A stretch of 64,000 nucleotides of DNA from positions 62,001 through 126,000 of the forward strand of contig RHPI01002888.1 in the NCBI GenBank assembly GCA_009103225.1, written 5' to 3'. Source of the stretch: Chlorokybus atmophyticus (Eukaryota > Plantae > Mesostigma and Chlorokybus algae). Position numbers and translations under genes: made by a program. Position 1 is the stretch's first letter. The number at the start of each line of letters is the position of its first letter. A model generated the notes under the pieces. That model made no database searches. It was not told the DNA's origin and was given only the letters and a program-made list of their open reading frames with translations. Of the stretch, positions 37,031 through 50,605 are shown piece after piece.

Positions 37031-38826
37031 CTAAAATGGTGCCACCTCAAAAGTGTCATACTTTGGTGCGCCCGGGAAAGTCTGGTCGGGGTCAATGGCG
37101 GACAGCGTCTTGCCAATGCTGCGCGTATCGAACAAGGCCCTGATCACCAGGCTTGCAACATCTTCTCTGTGTATGCTGCCAACCACTTTGGTGGACTCGG
37201 TCAGGACAGCTGTCCCTGTAGCCGGCTCAGACTTCAACCCTCCAGGACGGATGATAGTCCACTCCAAACCGCTGCTCTTCAGGAAATCCTCCGCCTTTGT
37301 CTTTTCCACCAAGACAGGCTCCAAAGTCTGCCAATAGCATAAGCTTACAGCATAAACACACCATTGTTCTCAACACAATGCTGCATGTGTTGCACCGACA
37401 GCTTCGTTTACTGTACATGCTGGCAAAATAGTCTGCGAGGAACACAACACACCTGATAAACATTGGGCGGTGTGGCATCTTTGCTATCACCTGTGCCAAT
37501 ACTGGTCACAAGGACGAACCGTTTCACACCCGCCTCCTTGGCCGCCTTGATGATGTTGATGTTTCCCTCAGAGTCGGCTGCCGGATTGCTTGGTGTGCCT
37601 CCCACGGTGGAAACCACAGCATCCAAGTCCTTGCCATTGATGGCTGCCTTGACAGTATCGGGCTTGAGTGCGTCGCCCATTGCCACAATGGCCCCTGCAA
37701 CAGCGATAAGGCATATGAAAAAACTCAGGACGCAGTAGCTAAACTCTGCAACAACAGTGGTACACATGCTAAGTCTTTGCTGTATCATAATACTGACGCA
37801 GCTTTATGGAACAGAGTGGCAGCGAGCTTGCATGGATACGGGCACAAACGCACACATGCGCGTGAAGATATGCAGACGCAGCCATACGAGAGCACACCCA
37901 CATGCACACAGCCAGCTTACCATATCCTTCGATGACCTTCTGCCTTGTTCCGCTCCGCTGCAATGCTGTGACCCAGGCACCCTTTTCAGAAAGCAAGCGA
38001 GTCACTTGCAAGGCTACCCCACCGCCACCTGTGTTGTCAACCAGATGTTGTGTCCGTTCCCAACTCCACGCTGTCACTTGTGCATGGGTTTACCAACACA
38101 GTGCACAAAAAATGAATGAGGCTTACCAGCAACCAGGATGCTGGAATTATCGGGTTCAAGATCGCTGCGAACAACAGCTCGCCGCCGCTGCTGTCGGTTG
38201 TGCTCTGTGCCCCTCAGCTGCAAAGACAGTTGTACAAGATGACCACTGCTGCGCCTTAAGGGCAACCCTGCATTAGAGGACGCAACTAAGTTGACAACGC
38301 GTGTGTGCCCAAGAATGCCAGCACGGCAGAATGCACTTGGGCTGTGTGTTATGGCCAATGCAATGCAGCACTGCTGTCAGCAAATAAATCATAGACACAT
38401 GCAGTCACGCATGGCAGCATACGCAGTTGACAGCGTTGGAGTCGTGCAATCAACCAAGAAAAGGTGAGTAAACAGTACAGTAGAACACACAGTAAGAATG
38501 TAGAAATGGGCAAAGGATGGACAATGCAGCAATGCTTCCATGCATTCTGCTTACTAGAGCCATAAGCCGCAAGATGCGAGCTTTATTCACTTCTTGACAC
38601 ATGCAAAGCTCAACCAAGATCACACGCTGCAGATGGCTAGCTGCATAGAAGCCAATGCAGCATGGCCAAAGCATCCCCCCACCCGCTGAAGCTCACCTGC
38701 TGGCCGCCGAGCTGGGGAAGGATGGGCCAGCACCGTGCGCCGGGCGGCAGCTTGAGCATGCAACCGTTTGGGGACGCATGCTGCCAGCGCTCCCGCGCTC
38801 ACGCCGAGAGCCACCGCCGCCGCCAT
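37031..38826 (-). CDS. Plastid-targeted atypical SDR / NAD(P)-binding Rossmann-fold protein (Tic62/Ycf39-like superfamily)
   Basis: Ala/Arg-rich transit peptide MAAAVALGVSAG; ILVAGGGGVALQV, GDALK, AVVSTVGG, GNINIIKAAKEAGVKRFVLVTSIG, EKTKAEDFLKSSGLEWTIIRPGGL, IHREDVA. Confidence 0.85.
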
Positions 38827-38951
38827 TGCACCCGCCGCCTCCGCCAGCAACAACAACAACAACAATGGCAAGCATACGCAGATCCGCTAGTTTGTTGCTG
38901 GCGCCATTGTTGGCGGCGGCGGCGGCGGGGGTGGGGTGAGGCTGAGGCGTC

Positions 38952-41900
38952 ATGCGCGTAGTGGCGCCGCAACAGCAGCTGCTGCTTGGCCGTGCCGTGG
39001 GGAGGAACAACAAGCTTGGCCAGCAGCAGCTTGCTGGCAGCACCAGCACACTAGCTAGGTGGACGACAAGGAGGACCTGGAGGAGCATTAGCAGTAAGCC
39101 AGGCTTGGTGTTGCGGACTGCTAGGGTTTCAGGCGGGGTTGGCGTCATGGCGTGCTTGGGCGCCGAGTCCTTCGCCGTCGTGCCCCGCGGCTGGACGGAG
39201 CGCGTCCCCAGCCTGGAGGCCTACGGCGCCCGCCATAAGCACTCCCTCGCTGATCCGGATGCCTTCTGGGCTGAGGCGGCGCAAGCTTACCATTGGGAAA
39301 CGCCTTTTAGGGTCAGTCAAAGGATTTGACCATTTGCATGCTACACTCAGTGTTGCTCACTTTCTTGTGTGCTCGCTTGTCCACACGACTCAATGCAACC
39401 AGCATTGTTGTCCCTTGAACGCGCACAGCTGCATTGTCAGCAGCATGCATGCGTCTTGAAGCGTTTGCGTTTGTGTGCACAGGAGCAACACCATTCGTAC
39501 AACTTCGACCGGACGCAAGGCCCCATTTTCAGCAAGTGGTTTGAGGGCGGGAAGACAAACATCTGCTACAATGCACTTGATCGCCACATTGCAGCAGGCA
39601 AGGTATGCTTATAATGCTTGTGATGCTTATGATGCTTATGAATGCAATCAAGCCTTTGTGCTCAATCTACGCATCATGTGGCATGTGTGGTTTTATAACG
39701 AGTTAGTACTTTGCAGGGAGACAAAGCGGCTTTTTTGTGGGAAAGCAATGATGGCAGCCAGACGAAGACAGTTACGTATAAGGAGCTCCTTGAGATGGTG
39801 TCAAAGACTGCAGCCTTTCTCAAAAGCAAAGGTGTCAAGATGGGAGACAGCGTCACGATCTACATGCCTATGATTCCCGAGCTGCCAGCTGCAATGCTGG
39901 CCTGCGCAAGAATTGGTAAGTATGACGTGTACTGCATGGCATGTCAGTATACAGCGATAATTGCTCAGCATGTGTCTGTGTTTTCGTTGCAGGTGCAATA
40001 CACTCTGTCGTCTTTGGAGGGTTTGCAGCAGATGCACTCGGGGAGCGCATTAAAGACAGCGAGTCAAGTGTAATCCTGACTTGCTCTGCATCTGCTCGAG
40101 GAAAAAAAGTGATCCCTTTCAAACCGATTGTTGACAAGGCCCTGGAGGTATGGCAGTCTATTCACCCTTCAATTGCGAATGTGGTAACAAGTGTATCGGG
40201 TAAATCAACTGCGTTTTGCAGATCGCTGCTGCTGCCGGGCAAAATGTACACACGTGTCTTGTGTATGACAACTATTGGACTATGAAGCGCGACGATGTCA
40301 AGATGACTTCTGGCAGGGACCTCTGGTGGCAAGATGTGGTTGATACCTTCCCTGCAGAGTGCCCAGTATGTGTCCACACTTACACTCAAGCACATGGCAC
40401 ACGCGCACTGGCACAAGTGCACAAACAAACAGACGCATACACTTGCATGCGCGTACGTGCGCATGCACACTGTCCTGCATTGCAACCCCATTGCCGTGAC
40501 AAGACACTTTCGCAGGTGGAATGGGTCGACTCTGAGGCAGAGCTTTTCATGCTGTACACCTCCGGTAGCACTGGCAAACCGAAGGGTGTTGTTCACGGGA
40601 CCGGTGGCTACATGGTGCACGCTGGGTTGACCTTCCAGCTGTCGTTTGACCACAAAGATGACGATGTGTTCTGGCAAGTGTTGATGTCACGATTGTCTAA
40701 CAGTACCACATGACTGTGTGCGAGTCTGTGTTATGCATGGCCACCTTGCCCTGATAGTTGCTGCTTTCTGCTTGCTACAGGTCAAGTGCAGACTGTGGAT
40801 GGGTGACAGGACACACTTATGTTACATACGGCCCTCTTCTACACAATGCCACATGCGTGTTGTTTGAAGGGATTCCCACTTACCCGCAGGTTGGTACTAT
40901 TTGATGCATGCGCACTGGGTCCTAGCTGCTCGTGTGACAGCTTCTTGCTGTGTGTGCAGCCAGATCGGTATTGGCAAATCATCGAGAAATACAATGTCTC
41001 TATCTTTTACACAGCTCCCACCGTTGTTAGAAGTCTTATACTGGAAGGTGACCACTGGCCAGAGAAATACAGGTACCTGCATAATGCAAGTGTTGAGCAT
41101 GGTCAAGTGTGACTGGTTGATGCTGAATGTGCGTCATCTGTTGTCTGTGGCAGGATGGAGTCCTTGAGAATACTTGGTACCGTTGGTGAGCCCATTAATC
41201 CCGAAGCATGGCATTGGCTCTATGAGAAGATTGGCGGCAAACGTTGCCCTGTTGTTGACACGTGGTTTCAGGTATGTCATTGCATGCATGGCTGACACAG
41301 GTCACTTGTCTTGCATGCGTGTGTGTCTCTTATTTGATGTTGTGCAGACTGAAACTGGCGGACACATGATGCTGCCTTTGCCTGGTGCATGGCCATTGAA
41401 GCCGGGATCAGCAACGCTCCCGTTTTTTGGCGTTGAACCCGTGCTGCTAGATGAAGACGGCAATGAGTTGGAAGGTAAGTTGAATGTCCTTTACAGTATT
41501 GCTGACATTATCTCAGTCGCTGTTGTCGGCAACATGCTTCAACCACCTGGCGTAAACCTCACCAAAACTTGACATAATTCTTGTCAAGTTTCTGTTCTGG
41601 CAATCCAAAATTTGACAACAAAACCTGCCAAAATAAGTCCGCAAGCCACATTGTGTGCTGAGTCTGTTGCGCAGCAGTTGGATAACGCTACTTGATAGCA
41701 TGACATGTATGCTCTCAAGTTGCAAAATCTGCAAAACCACAGCAAGCAGGTGTGTGATGCATAATGAAGTCCAAGTCCAAACTTGATGCATGTGCAGGGC
41801 CTGCCACTGGCCTGCTTGCGATTAAGCGGGCTTGGCCTGGGATGATGAAAACTGTTCGCAACGATCACGCGCGCTTTGAGCAGACGTACTTTGATGATAA

Positions 41901-42709
41901 GAAGTTGAAAGGGTCCGTTTCTCTTCTTTGAAAGTATAAACTCTCGCGATAGATACATGGTCTTTCTTGGTCGTCCTGATTTGCGTTTTTGCAACAGATA
42001 CTACATCACAGGCGATGGTTGCCGACGAGACGAGGATAGTTACCACTGGATCACTGGCCGTGTTGATGACGTGATAAATGTTAGCGGACATCGCTTGGGC
42101 ACGGCAGAGATTGAAGCAGCGTTGACATCGCATCATGTATGTCCATTCCTAGTATTTGGCTGCTGTGGTGTGCCTTTGCTGGAATGCATACCGAATGCGT
42201 GCCAACAAGCGAATGCTGCATTTGGCTGATGCTTGTATGTGGTGGTGGTAGGGTTGCACGGAGGCAGCAGTGGTTGGTGTTGAACATCCTGTCAAAGGGC
42301 AGGCTGTGTATGCGTTCTGCGTGACTGCTTTTGGGGTGGAGCCAAGCGAGCAGCTGCGCGACGAGTTGAAGGTACTGCACTGTTGGCCATGGCTACATCA
42401 CAACCTTGCAAGCCGTCAAGTACATGCACACGTTTTAACTTTCTCTGTTTTGCGGCACAGGCATCTGTGAGGCAAATTGTTGGAGCTTTTGCGGTGCCGG
42501 ATACAATTCACTGGGCGCCATCCCTTCCTCGCACGAGATCTGGCAAGTTACTGCGACGAATGATGCGCAAGATTGCCAATGGCGACTTCGAGAACTTAGG
42601 CGACACAAGCACGCTGGCTGAGCCGTCTATAATTGAGAAGCTGATCAAGCAAAGCACGTATGATGTCAACTTGCAGCCAACAAAGCAGTTGCAGGCTGTT
42701 GTAGAATAA
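38952..42709 (+). CDS. ACS: Acetyl-CoA synthetase (AMP-forming), probable plastid transit peptide
   Basis: [149 protein letters not shown]. The start may alternatively be ATG 39147. Confidence 0.95.
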
Positions 42710-43966
42710 CGGATGCTGCAGAATGCTGTTGTGGAGACCAGCACTGGACATCCACAGCTTTTTGTACTGCATGTACTCTCATAACCGGTTGATAGTGTGC
42801 AGAGTCACAAAAGGTAGTACACAAATTTGTTATGTTGGCATAAGTAACACTCGCACACTCAGCCCGCGGGGGCTTTACATTTCAGGGCGATCGCTACAAC
42901 ACTGCAATGACCCTGGCCAAGTGTGCAGGTACTAGGCGCAGGTAGAGTTGCAATGGGCAAGGAGAAGGGTCCAACCTACAGAGCATTGCCGTGAACCTTC
43001 ATTCTCATTACGTCTAGTTGTGCAAGGGCACTCTTGCATGCGATGACAAGTCAGGTCTCCCCAACTGGCCAGGCCCTGGTGGCCGTGGTCTGTGAAGCCG
43101 CTGTCAGAATGTTGCCACCGGGGGCGCGCAAGAAAGACCCCTTCGCACATGTTGATACAAATGTTCAATACCATGTGCTGTATCAATCAATTCAAGTTGC
43201 ACGCGTTTTTATTGGTTAAGTTGTAATTGCACATGCTGCACTTTCAACATCAACAGTGCGCTTGCTTTTACAAGCACATTACCTCGTGACAGACTTGTCA
43301 AGTCCTTTGTATCAAAATGAACAGACTATGTCTCAATGTGCCTTGCTGATGGCAGCAAGGTGGCTAGACCGCATTAAGAGCTATCTGGATAGATAGATGC
43401 AAGAAGCAAGTGTGGCGTCCAACACCATCATGCTATGCACAAAAATTAGCAGCAAGAAAAGCTGTTTACAAGTGGGAACTTCTTCCTCCATGCTATATCA
43501 CCATACCTTATGTGCAGAATCAAGCGTGAAGTACTTCAACTGTTGCACTACTACCCTGACAAAACAACCAAGCCAGGAAATACAAAAAAGTATACAAAAA
43601 AGTTTACACCTGATCCTGCTATGGTCAGCAACTGTTGACCTGAACTAACGTGGCCATTGCCACCAGAAACGTATCTTCGCTTAACACTAGTACGTATTGC
43701 ATACTGTGACCTGTAGGGCCGCGTGGTGGTTGGTGTCTGATGTGGCGGACACTAGGTTCGCTGCTCCCGCACTTGCGTGCAGGCGCATGAACAACCCACT
43801 CTCCTTGACTAGTTATAACCTTCTCCTCACCTACATTGACTGCCACAAAGCACTGCCTGTGTGCGCAGCTAATCACGTTTGCATCTATAAAGCTGCTGTC
43901 CAACCGTACACCATGCGGTCAAGGACGCCCACGCCTTGTAGGGCACCTTATATTAACTACATTCGC

Positions 43967-46900
43967 TCAATATGTGGTGCGAGGCCACACCACTGGGTTG
44001 GCAGCGCTTCGCGCGTGCTCCAGTGTGTGCATACGTCTGTCCTGATGCAACTTGTCTTCACTTACGGAAGCTTGGGGCCAGACATCCGGGCGTCGAGGGC
44101 TAGGCATAGGCCTTGGAGGAAAAAAGCTGGGCTGGCCCACAGGGCCTGCGTAACCCAACATACCTGTGATATCAACAGAAATCATCAGTACACTATGAAC
44201 TGTGCCGCACGACGTCAAATTGTACACAACAACAATGCACGCATCGCGTTATGTAAAGCAGTGACGCAATGTCAGCTCATCCCGGCAACAGACTTGGTTG
44301 CTAATTGGTCAAGTGTACTCACCTGGATGCACCACAGGCTGGGGCTGCGCGTGATATTGAGGGGCTGCCTGCGAGATTCCCCAAGCAGGTTGAGGGTACA
44401 TTGTTGCGCCGCCAGTCAGTGCGGCGTGTGGCAAAAAAGGACCAGCATGCGGGTGCGGCACCATACATCGATGCGGCATGCCATACATGTCAGCCTGCAG
44501 CAAACTGTACGTGAGTGCCTTGCAAGTTAGAGGAAGAGGTGTAACCAATTGACTGTGCGGGGACAATGGTGACACCGCTTCGTTTGTTGTCGTTGCAACG
44601 CCTGCGTGGCAACTGAATGTCATAAACTGACCATGAAGTGTGCGCGACCGTGACGTGAGCGTCGCCTCCTCCGCCGGCGTGTATGGGCCTGCCCAGGGAC
44701 TGTGCTGCCCTCGCTGCCTGCTTCCGGTACCTCCTCGCCATCTGATGAGCCTGGTGTGTCCTGAGCATCCGCCTGGCCCTCCGATACGCCCCTGGACTCG
44801 GTTTCGGATGTGGCTGGCTCGGGTCTGACAACAAGTCATGGTAAAGTGTTTGCCAAAAAGCAATGCAAGTCCAAACTAGGCCTTCTTCAGTGCAGTATGG
44901 TACCTTGTTTCTGCTGCTTTCTGACCATCGCATTGCAGTGCCTCACGTAAAACGTTTTGCAAATCCGGGGACGACCTTTTCACTTCCTCCTACAAGAAAC
45001 AGAGGTAAGTGGTGTGTTGTGTGAGTTGACGGGTAATGTGACACATGCAAGCGCTTAGCAGAAGAGCAACTTTATAACCTGTCTTAGGGCGCCAGCAATG
45101 CGTTGCCTGAGCAGCTGTTGCTGAATGCGCTCGGAGATGTCCCTCTCAACAGTGACGAATGCAAATGACTTTGCTTTCTGGTCTGCAGGCATGTGCAGGC
45201 ATGTGCAGGCAAGGGCCTCAGCATGCAGCATAGATAGATAAATAGCACAGCAACACTTCTTAGTACCAACCTGGATATAGCCTGTAATTGACATCAAGCC
45301 AAACCGCCGCACCAGACTTCTTGACACGCCGTAATTTGTAAAAGCCTGATAGTTGGAGGTCTACCTTCCGTCCCGCAAGAAACGCTTGCAGAGTGTCGCC
45401 GGACAACTGCTTCGCTATAGTGCTCTGAAAACGACAACACTATTTGAACACCTGCTTCTGGGCGTATGTGCACAAAAAATAATTTCCCTGCAAAAGCAAC
45501 CACGATATATATAGTTGCGGGAACAAAGGGACTCATACTTGAATGCTGATAAGGCGTGACAAGTCCTCGCTATAAACATAGTCGTAGTCGGACTTTCCCA
45601 GAAGCTCCCTTACATCATAACCCAGGACATCATACACCGCTGGCGATACATGAGTAATGTTTCTCTCTGAGTCCAACTGCCAGTAGACGAGTTGTTGAAC
45701 AATGGGCGGACCCCGCCAACAAATACGATGAAGCGCATCTGCCACTGATAGGAGACTAACCTGAAAAAGCATGTCGGGACATGCCTCCTCAACAGCGGAG
45801 GCTCGTTGTAGGGACTCTTGCAGCTTGTCTTGTTCTGATGTGTCTCTCCCCACAGTGATGACATGGCTGCATTTACCATCGATGTAGCAGAACGTCATTT
45901 GCAACTGGAACCACCTGTATTCCCCCGATTTCGCCTGTAATTGTATCTACACAACAAGCCCCTGCTTGAGATGAAGAGCCACCACAGGGCTGCAGCAGAC
46001 TGAGAGATGCGCAAGCACACACACGAGTTGAATGACAAAAGGCCGTTGCAGCCTGACATCCTTGCTGACCAGCCATTAAACAAGTTAGCTGCCAGTGACT
46101 CAACCACACACACTTGGCTATTCTCTCTGCAGTACGACAGTTCAGACGGACCTGCTCCATAAGTGAAAAGGTTTCGAAGTGCTCATCCCAAAGCCGCTGG
46201 AACCGTTCGACAAGGCGAGTTGCCCTGCAGCATGTCAAGTCCATGAGAACGATGCAATGTTGACACCATCGCATCCTTGGAACAGTAACAGCATGTGGCT
46301 ACAACAACAGCTTGTGTCCAGCTTATGCAACTTTGTTTGTCTGTGATAACCTTGTACTTGCCAGCCTTTGAACCAGGACGGCGGCTCTCAAGCGCTTACC
46401 TCTTCTCATCTGTTAGTATTGTAGACGGCTTGCCGATCAGTTCTTCGGGTGCGTAACCCAAGTGCTTTGTAACAGCACTGTTGCAAAAACGGATGGTATT
46501 GCCATCAGCATCGGTTTGCAAGATGAGATCTGCCGCTGCGTCCATAATTAATTGCAGTTGATTCTTGACTTGGCTCAACTCTTTGTTAGCATCCTGCAGC
46601 AAGACCAGACGTCCCGTTCACAAACCTGGCATAGCAAATCACCAGCAGAAAGTACGCCAACACCTCACCAGTATCTACACACCTGCAACGCCTGAGTGCG
46701 CTCCCTGACACGGCGTTCTAAGTCGCTGTTGATCTCCAATATGTAGTCCTCATGTCGTTTCCTATCAGATATGTCACGGCTAATGCCAATCACACCCTGA
46801 TTCACACAATTATCTCATGAACACAACATCAGTATCACCCGCAGAAAAATTGAAGGTGGAAGCACTCACCTGAAGTTGACCGTTCTCATCCAATATTGGT

Positions 46901-48197
46901 CTGTCAGTGACCAACATATGCAGCCTTGTGCCAGAGCGAGTGAGAACCGGAAACTCGCCTGTCCAGTCCTCGCCCTGTAGATTAACATTGCTTTTGGTAA
47001 ACTTGTTGATGTGGGCGCATGAAGAGATATATGCATCACATCTCAAGTATAGGTTATGACGATGCACGAGGACAAACACAATAACAACTGCACGCCCAAA
47101 GTGTGCGTGCGTACGCCGGCGCATGCCAGCACACGAGTCATCGCTTAACAACAGGGTTACCTGGACTAAGCTGGACATGATATCATGTGCAATCTGCGTA
47201 TCAGTTTCAGGAACAACAAAGTCAATGATGTCTTTTCCGAAAGCCTCGTCGATTGTCCAACCATATGTACGCTCCGCATTCTTGTTCCTGTAGGCGGCCA
47301 TGTAAGCAATATGCAATTATTTGCACACAAGCATTGACAAGCAGTACAAAGCGGTACCAGAAGATGATTTTCCCCATCTGGTCTGTAGTGATAATGGATT
47401 CACCAACAGAGTTCAGCATCAGGTGCTGCAGCCTTGACGCGGCTGTAATCGACTCCAATTGCTCTTGCGTTGCAACGAGCACATTCAGGAGCCGCTGGTG
47501 CTCTTCCTGGGTAGCAACCAGCTTGGTGCGCATGTCTTCAACTTCCATCAACGCTCGCTCCTTTGCGTGGCGCTCCGCCTTGAGAGACAGCCGTAGCTGC
47601 TCAGCCTCGTAACGAAGCGCCTCCATCTCACTGTGTTGGACAGAGGAAACGTTAGGCTGCAGCTAAATCAAGAACACATGTTGGTCTTTGTTGCAAACAG
47701 CACCCCGACAAGCTCGCATGCTGATGCAATCAAGAGACAACCTTGCGTGCTTGCGCTGGTCTTGCTCAGAAGAATCGTACACTCCCATCCTGTGAAAACT
47801 GTGCTGCAGCATTCTGGTGTCCTTGTGTGCTGGCACCATCATGCACTGTAGCACATCGGGTGAGCTGTTATGCAACGCAATTCAACAGAATGCAAGCCAA
47901 TGCAACGCAATGCAATGCCAACCAGCCCTCAACCAGCCGAACAAGGCCGCAGTGCACGCAGCCAAAATGGCAATACGCTAAAGCTGTTTGAAGCCAAACA
48001 GGGCTGCACATGGTTCAGAACCATTGTGGTCTGGTTTTCCTTAATGCAAAGCAAACTGGCTTGACGAAATAAAGTACACACATATTTGTGAGACAAACTG
48101 CATGGGCTTGCAAAGTATGGTGCTGAAGCAGTAGTACAGATATTGGCTCTGAAGGCAAATACCGGCCTGTGTGCCAGTGCTTGCAATATTCATCCAT
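43967..48197 (-). CDS. Coiled-coil + three PAS/PAC domains + signaling-helix protein with low-complexity tail
   Basis: Phase-consistent exons: MDEYCKHWHTGR|MGVYDSS..|EMEALRYE (coiled coil), PAS1 SVGESIITTDQMGKIIFWNKNAERTYGW..GEDWTGEFPV..GVIGISRDISDRK, LERRVRERTQALQDANKEL, PAS2, PAS3 (PDMLFQLDSERNITHVSPAVYDVLGY..TVERDISER), acidic tail, RRRRRRSR, Pro/Gln-rich end. The first and last exons are uncertain; the 3' end could splice further toward 43000. Confidence 0.8.
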
Positions 48198-49100
48198 TCT
48201 ACACGATCAGAAGAACCTAGCGGGCAGCGATCGTAAGCGATGCTTTGCCCGCCAGCTGAGTATGCACACCACAGCAGCAGAGTCAAGTCAACTAAGTAGC
48301 GTGTGTTACTTTGTAGCAAGAGATTGCACCCCGTCACCCCAGAAAAACTTCTGACTGCAAGCTATCAGATACGCTGGTGCAGGCTGACAGCTGCCACCAA
48401 AGCTGCTTTGTGCAGCCGTGCTGCCAGCTAGCCGCCAGGCGCTGTCAAGCTGTGAATGCATCGCAATTAAGCAGCAGCATGAAAGCCAATGCAGCGCAGA
48501 GTAACGCTGCTTGAACCCTTACCTGCATACCGTCAGGAAGCTCTCAGCATCAGCGCCGCCGGGCACGGTGCGCCCATACCGTCTGCCAGCTGGCAAATCT
48601 CCACGGGCACTTCCCCGCTGGCTAGCACTGTCCCGCCCCAACCCACTCTCTACCAACCGCCACTCCCGCCTTCAGCTCCACCACCCCAGGCAAGAACAAG
48701 CCACAACAATCCTCGTCCAATCACACGACGCCCCGCGGCCTCCGCCGCCACCGCCCTCCGCCGCCGCCATGGCCGTCGTCGTCGTGGAGAAACTCCGCCA
48801 CCTCTGCTAGCAGTGCCTGGCCCAGCATCAATGCCAGGCCCGCGGAGTCTGGTGTAAATGTAAGCCACCAGTTTCCACTCCTCGTCGTGCCGTGTCCCGC
48901 GCCTGTCCATGGTGTCGGTCTACCGTACGACCTAGGCTTGTCAGGCCTACACCATATGGTTGGAGCACTGTACTGCGTCAGATACACTGACCACCGTGGT
49001 ACGGGCAACAACAGGTGGCTGTACCGCTTGTGTACTAGTTGCTGTACTTTTGCTTTCTTCTTGGTAACGTGCTCAGCAGTGTGATCGGCGGTTGAACTGG

Positions 49101-49715
49101 CAGTAGCAGTTTACTCATTGGTCTCAACCTCGTCAACAGTTACAACAGTCACAGACACATGTACTTGAATGCAAAGGCACAACAGTGTTGTGACAACACT
49201 CCACTGAATGACAACACCCATAAGGTATGACATAGCAAACACACACAAGTGCAACAATCACATGCTACTGCTCTAGGTATGTAATAACTTCTATGCTATG
49301 TGTGTGATTGTAACAAGCATATTAACATAACAATCAGCATGTTCACGCAACAACTCGTGCATTGCGCACAACTCAACTCCAACTATAATTGAACTATGAT
49401 TGAACTGTCCAACTATAATTGAACTGTCAGTAGCAGTTTACTCATTGGTCTCAACCTCGTCAACAGTTACAACAGTCACAGACACATGTACTTGAATGCA
49501 AAGGCACAACAGTGTTGTGCCAACACTCCACTGAATGACAACACCCATAAGGTATGACATAGCATACACACACAAATGCAACAATCACATGCTACTGCTC
49601 TAGCTATGTAATAACTTCTATGCTATGTGTGTGATTGTAACAAGCATATTAACATAACAATCAGCATGTTCACGCAACAACTCGTGCATTGCGCACAACT
49701 CAACTCCAACTATAA
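49101..49715. repeat. Tandem duplication, period 327 bp
   Basis: CAGTAGCAGTTTACTCATTGGTCTCAACC...AACTCAACTCCAACTATAA at 49101-49387 and 49428-49715, near-identical. Confidence 0.95.
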
Positions 49716-50605
49716 GCGCTACATTATTACAACTTGTGTATGATTTCTTTTGTTTTGCGTGCACTACCATGCCCGCTTATATACTGCTAGCTATACAGGT
49801 ATATATTGTAGATATAGCATAGAGATAGTATAGTCGCTGACATTATTGCTGGCAGCTTAGCTGATATATCACACCATGTTATGATATCGAATTTGTTGTG
49901 ATATCATTTAACTACTCCTAATTAGTATAATTGTTAATGTATCGTTTAATTACTCCTAACTAATTTAATTGTTAATGTAATACAACGCGATTATCCCATT
50001 ACTCTCCCCTTAAAAAAGGTTTGCTCTTCATGAGTCTTCATGTTTTTCATATTTGTGAACTTATCGCAATTTTCATATATCTTTGTGATAGGATTGCATG
50101 TCTTCTTTTGGGTAATCGATAAGGTGATCTTCTTTGCCAAAAGTAGTTGATTATTGTCGCTTTTGCCTCGCTCTCTTGAGGGCAAACTTCACTTCTGGAG
50201 ACGGCGATGCACGCTTGTGCTTTATCCGCTTTGCATCCTCCTTTATACGCAAACTTTAATGGCCATGCTTTGTAATAAGCATTATCAACCTCGAGCTCAT
50301 TGCTATTGAGGTTCTAGTTTAATAGTTGCGGCGGTTGCCGTGGTGTCGCTCACACTGTGGCTCTTTTCTTCGCAATATGTGCGCGGTCACTGCCAATGAC
50401 TTCGCATATTGTAATTATGATAGGAGTTGCCTTTGCGAGCATGCTAGCCCACGCCAAACAAAAGAAGTCATGCACAAATTGCAATACAATATAGCGCTTG
50501 GTGTTGTGTGAACATGCTAATAATTATGTTAGTATGCTTTTCATTATCATACACATAGCATAGAAGTTATCACATAACTAGAGCAGTAGCATATGGTTGT
50601 TACAC
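49575..50605. mobile_element. Degenerate long-inverted-repeat (foldback/MULE-like) element
   Basis: About 49575-49780 matches the reverse complement of about 50430-50605 (e.g. ATGCTACTGCTCTAG.TATGT.ATAACTTCTATGCTATGTGT and AAGCGCTA..TTGTG.ATGA.TTCTTTTGTTT). The spacer is AT-rich and has no transposase. Confidence 0.6.

Noticed and set aside
38865-38978. A short intron fusing the 38865 ORF to ACS
   Set aside because: The good donor (GTGAG at 38936) is out of phase with the acceptors; the in-phase donor is weak and would give about 45 nt, far shorter than other introns here.
43697-44530. 277-aa plus-strand ORF
   Set aside because: No recognisable motifs; it lies antisense to phase-consistent exons and introns of the PAS gene.
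43967-48197. Calling the PAS gene a histidine kinase
   Set aside because: No H-box or N/G1/F/G2 boxes and no receiver domain were found in any frame downstream.
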